From contig QMPQ01000002.1 of the NCBI GenBank assembly GCA_003648635.1, positions 1-58,978 on the forward strand: DNA of 58,978 nucleotides. The letters are read 5' to 3'. The notes below the pieces were generated by a model. That model did not search any database. It was not told the origin of the DNA and saw nothing but the letters and a program-made list of their open reading frames with translations. Origin of the DNA: Bacteroidota bacterium. Lineage in GTDB: Bacteria; Bacteroidota; Bacteroidia; Bacteroidales; GCA-2748055. Positions 57,565 through 58,978 of the stretch are shown here, piece by piece (position 1 is the first letter of the stretch; every line of letters begins with the position of its first letter). Position numbers and translations under genes: made by a program.

Positions 57565-58641
57565 ATGACAACTTCCCGTTTCTTATACCGTTTACGGCAG
57601 CTTATTATTAGTCTCCTGCTTTTTGTTCCAGTGTCGCTTCTTTCACAGCTTGAACAACAAGATGTTAGGCACGTTGATACCATTGATACTTCTATGGATA
57701 TTTTTGAAACAGAAGATCCTATGAAGATCACCCTTACCCTGGATTTGAAAAAGTTCCGGAAGGAAAAATTTAAGGGAGAGTATATGCCAGTCCAGTTTCT
57801 TTATGAGTTCAATGATACGCTGGTTTTGGAAAAAGAAATGCGTATGAAGGCCCGTGGAGCGTTCAGGAGAAGCCATTGCAGCCTGGCCCCCTTCTGGCTG
57901 AATATTCGGAAAGCTGATGTGGAGAATGTTCATTTGCAGGACGTCAAAAAGATTAAAGTTGTTACCAATTGCATGGGCTCCAAGGCCTATAATGAGTATG
58001 TATTGAAAGAGTACCTGGCCTACAAGATTTACAATATCATTTCACCGATCAGTTTCAGGGTGAGGCTGGTCCGGATGACCTATGTGGATACAGGAAGAAA
58101 GAACAAGATTACGGAAGGCTGGGCTTTTTTGATTGAACCGGAAGAGATGCTTGCCGAACGTCTTGATGCGGTGGCTGTAATAAATGATGAACTCTCGATG
58201 GCATTAATGAATCCGGGGGATATGGATCGTGTGGCCCTGTTTATGTATCTGATTGGAAATTGTGATTTTTCGGTAACGGGAAGGCACAATCTGAAAGTCC
58301 TTGGAATGCCTGGTTATGGAACTGGGGGGTATACTCCAGTACCATATGATTTTGATTATACAGGATTGGTTAATGCCTCCTATGCTGTTCCGGGGGAGAC
58401 TCTGGGGATCACCTCCGTCAGGGAGCGTTATTACCTGGGCCCCTGCCGGAAGGACGAAGTCTATATGGCAGCCATTGAACATTTGAATCAGTACAGGGAG
58501 GACATCCTACAGATGGTGAATGATTTTGAGTATATCGATCAGAAGCATAAAAAGAGTGTCATCCAATATCTTCAGGACTACTTTGCTCTGGCCGGCCAGC
58601 ATGACATGCTAAAAATCTCCCTTAAGCTTACCTGTCGCTAG
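57565..58641 (+). CDS. uncharacterised secreted protein, paralog 3 of the family (distant CotH-like pattern)
   Basis: The ATG at 57565 gives the signal peptide MTTSRFLYRLRQLIISLLLFVPVSLLSQ. Exactly 358 codons. Roughly two-thirds identical to paralog 2 by eye. The track ORF start at 57409 overlaps the previous gene. Confidence 0.8.
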   Translation: MTTSRFLYRLRQLIISLLLFVPVSLLSQLEQQDVRHVDTIDTSMDIFETEDPMKITLTLDLKKFRKEKFKGEYMPVQFLYEFNDTLVLEKEMRMKARGAFRRSHCSLAPFWLNIRKADVENVHLQDVKKIKVVTNCMGSKAYNEYVLKEYLAYKIYNIISPISFRVRLVRMTYVDTGRKNKITEGWAFLIEPEEMLAERLDAVAVINDELSMALMNPGDMDRVALFMYLIGNCDFSVTGRHNLKVLGMPGYGTGGYTPVPYDFDYTGLVNASYAVPGETLGITSVRERYYLGPCRKDEVYMAAIEHLNQYREDILQMVNDFEYIDQKHKKSVIQYLQDYFALAGQHDMLKISLKLTCR

Positions 58642-58694
58642 GGTTCCTAGAAAAAATCCCTTATTTTTGTCGGATTGTTACTAAATAGTACCAT

Positions 58695-58978
58695 ATGCTA
58701 ACAGTTCATAAGATAGGTGGGACATCAATGTCCAAATTTGAAGATGTGCTACAAAATATTGTAAAGGGCCAGGCGCCGGAGGGCTTTTATTACGACCGGA
58801 TCTTTGTTGTATCTGCCTATAACAATGTGACCAACTGGTTGCTGGAACATAAAAAGAGCGGAGAACCGGGTGTGTATGACCTTTTTGTGAAGAAAGAGGA
58901 TTACCGGAAGGCTTTGGATAAGTTGCTGGAGAAGCTGATTGCAATCAATCAGGACATGGCTGGGATTGGCCTGAATCT
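58695..58978 (+). CDS. aspartate kinase, N-terminal fragment (runs off the right edge)
   Basis: The ATG at 58695 opens MLTVHKIGGTSMSKFEDVL...RIFVVSAYNNVTNWLLEH... KxGGTS and VVSAxxxxTN are the amino-acid-kinase N-terminal motifs. There is no stop before the window end. Confidence 0.6.
   Translation, partial: MLTVHKIGGTSMSKFEDVLQNIVKGQAPEGFYYDRIFVVSAYNNVTNWLLEHKKSGEPGVYDLFVKKEDYRKALDKLLEKLIAINQDMAGIGLN

Larger units (their letters stand above)
56448..58641 (+). repeat. tandem gene duplication (two 1,077-nt units, 1,117-nt period)
   Basis: The two CDS have identical length and are collinear at protein and DNA level (for example gacgtcaaaaggattaagattgttaccc vs gacgtcaaaaagattaaagttgttacca). 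A 40-nt spacer separates them. Confidence 0.85.

Noticed and set aside
1-58978. CRISPR arrays, transposases, integrases, phage genes, toxin-antitoxin pairs and known defence-system genes
   Set aside because: I looked for regularly spaced direct repeats, terminal inverted repeats and hallmark motifs (DDE, tyrosine recombinase, Cas, restriction/methylase) in all ORFs and gaps and found none. The only sizeable repeat is the tandem gene duplication at 56448-58641.

Overview
This 58,978-bp window looks like chromosomal DNA from a Bacteroidota genome. Supporting signs are a T9SS C-terminal sorting domain, a CarboxypepD_reg-type TonB receptor, many lipoprotein and SPI signal peptides, and tight gene packing without obvious Shine-Dalgarno spacing. 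I count about 50 protein genes. I saw no rRNA, tRNA, CRISPR array, transposase, integrase or phage genes. The content falls into five groups. (1) Scattered glycan-degrading genes: GH95, GH29, a GH109-like enzyme, GH9, GH2, an S1 sulfatase and a GHL-type TIM barrel, together with sugar oxidoreductases. One of these, a Gfo/Idh/MocA gene, is frameshifted, and there is no SusC/SusD pair. (2) Two regulatory modules. One is a TonB receptor, a secreted helical protein and a LytS/LytTR pair. The other is an NtrB/NtrC-type sigma-54 pair lying divergent to a MacB/FtsX permease, with palindromes and a -24/-12-like element between them. (3) Housekeeping genes: pfk, metA, leuC-leuD-leuA/cimA-leuB, aspartate kinase (partial), crcB plus DUF190, and an ABC-2 exporter. 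(4) A compact nikR-like/larE/larC/larB/NicO-like operon for the nickel-pincer nucleotide cofactor. No LarA-type client enzyme is in the window, the NikR-like regulator appears to lack the canonical Ni ligands, and the operon is preceded by a 550-bp AT-rich region carrying an array of GTAACA-N4-YGTKAC palindromes. A 1,127-aa CotH/lamin-tail/T9SS protein follows directly. (5) The most unusual item is an uncharacterised family of three secreted proteins of about 355 aa. One copy sits next to an alkaline phosphatase, and two are an exact-length tandem duplicate. By eye their conserved blocks follow the same order as the CotH atypical-kinase domain. All functional calls come from reading motifs in the translations; no database search was run.
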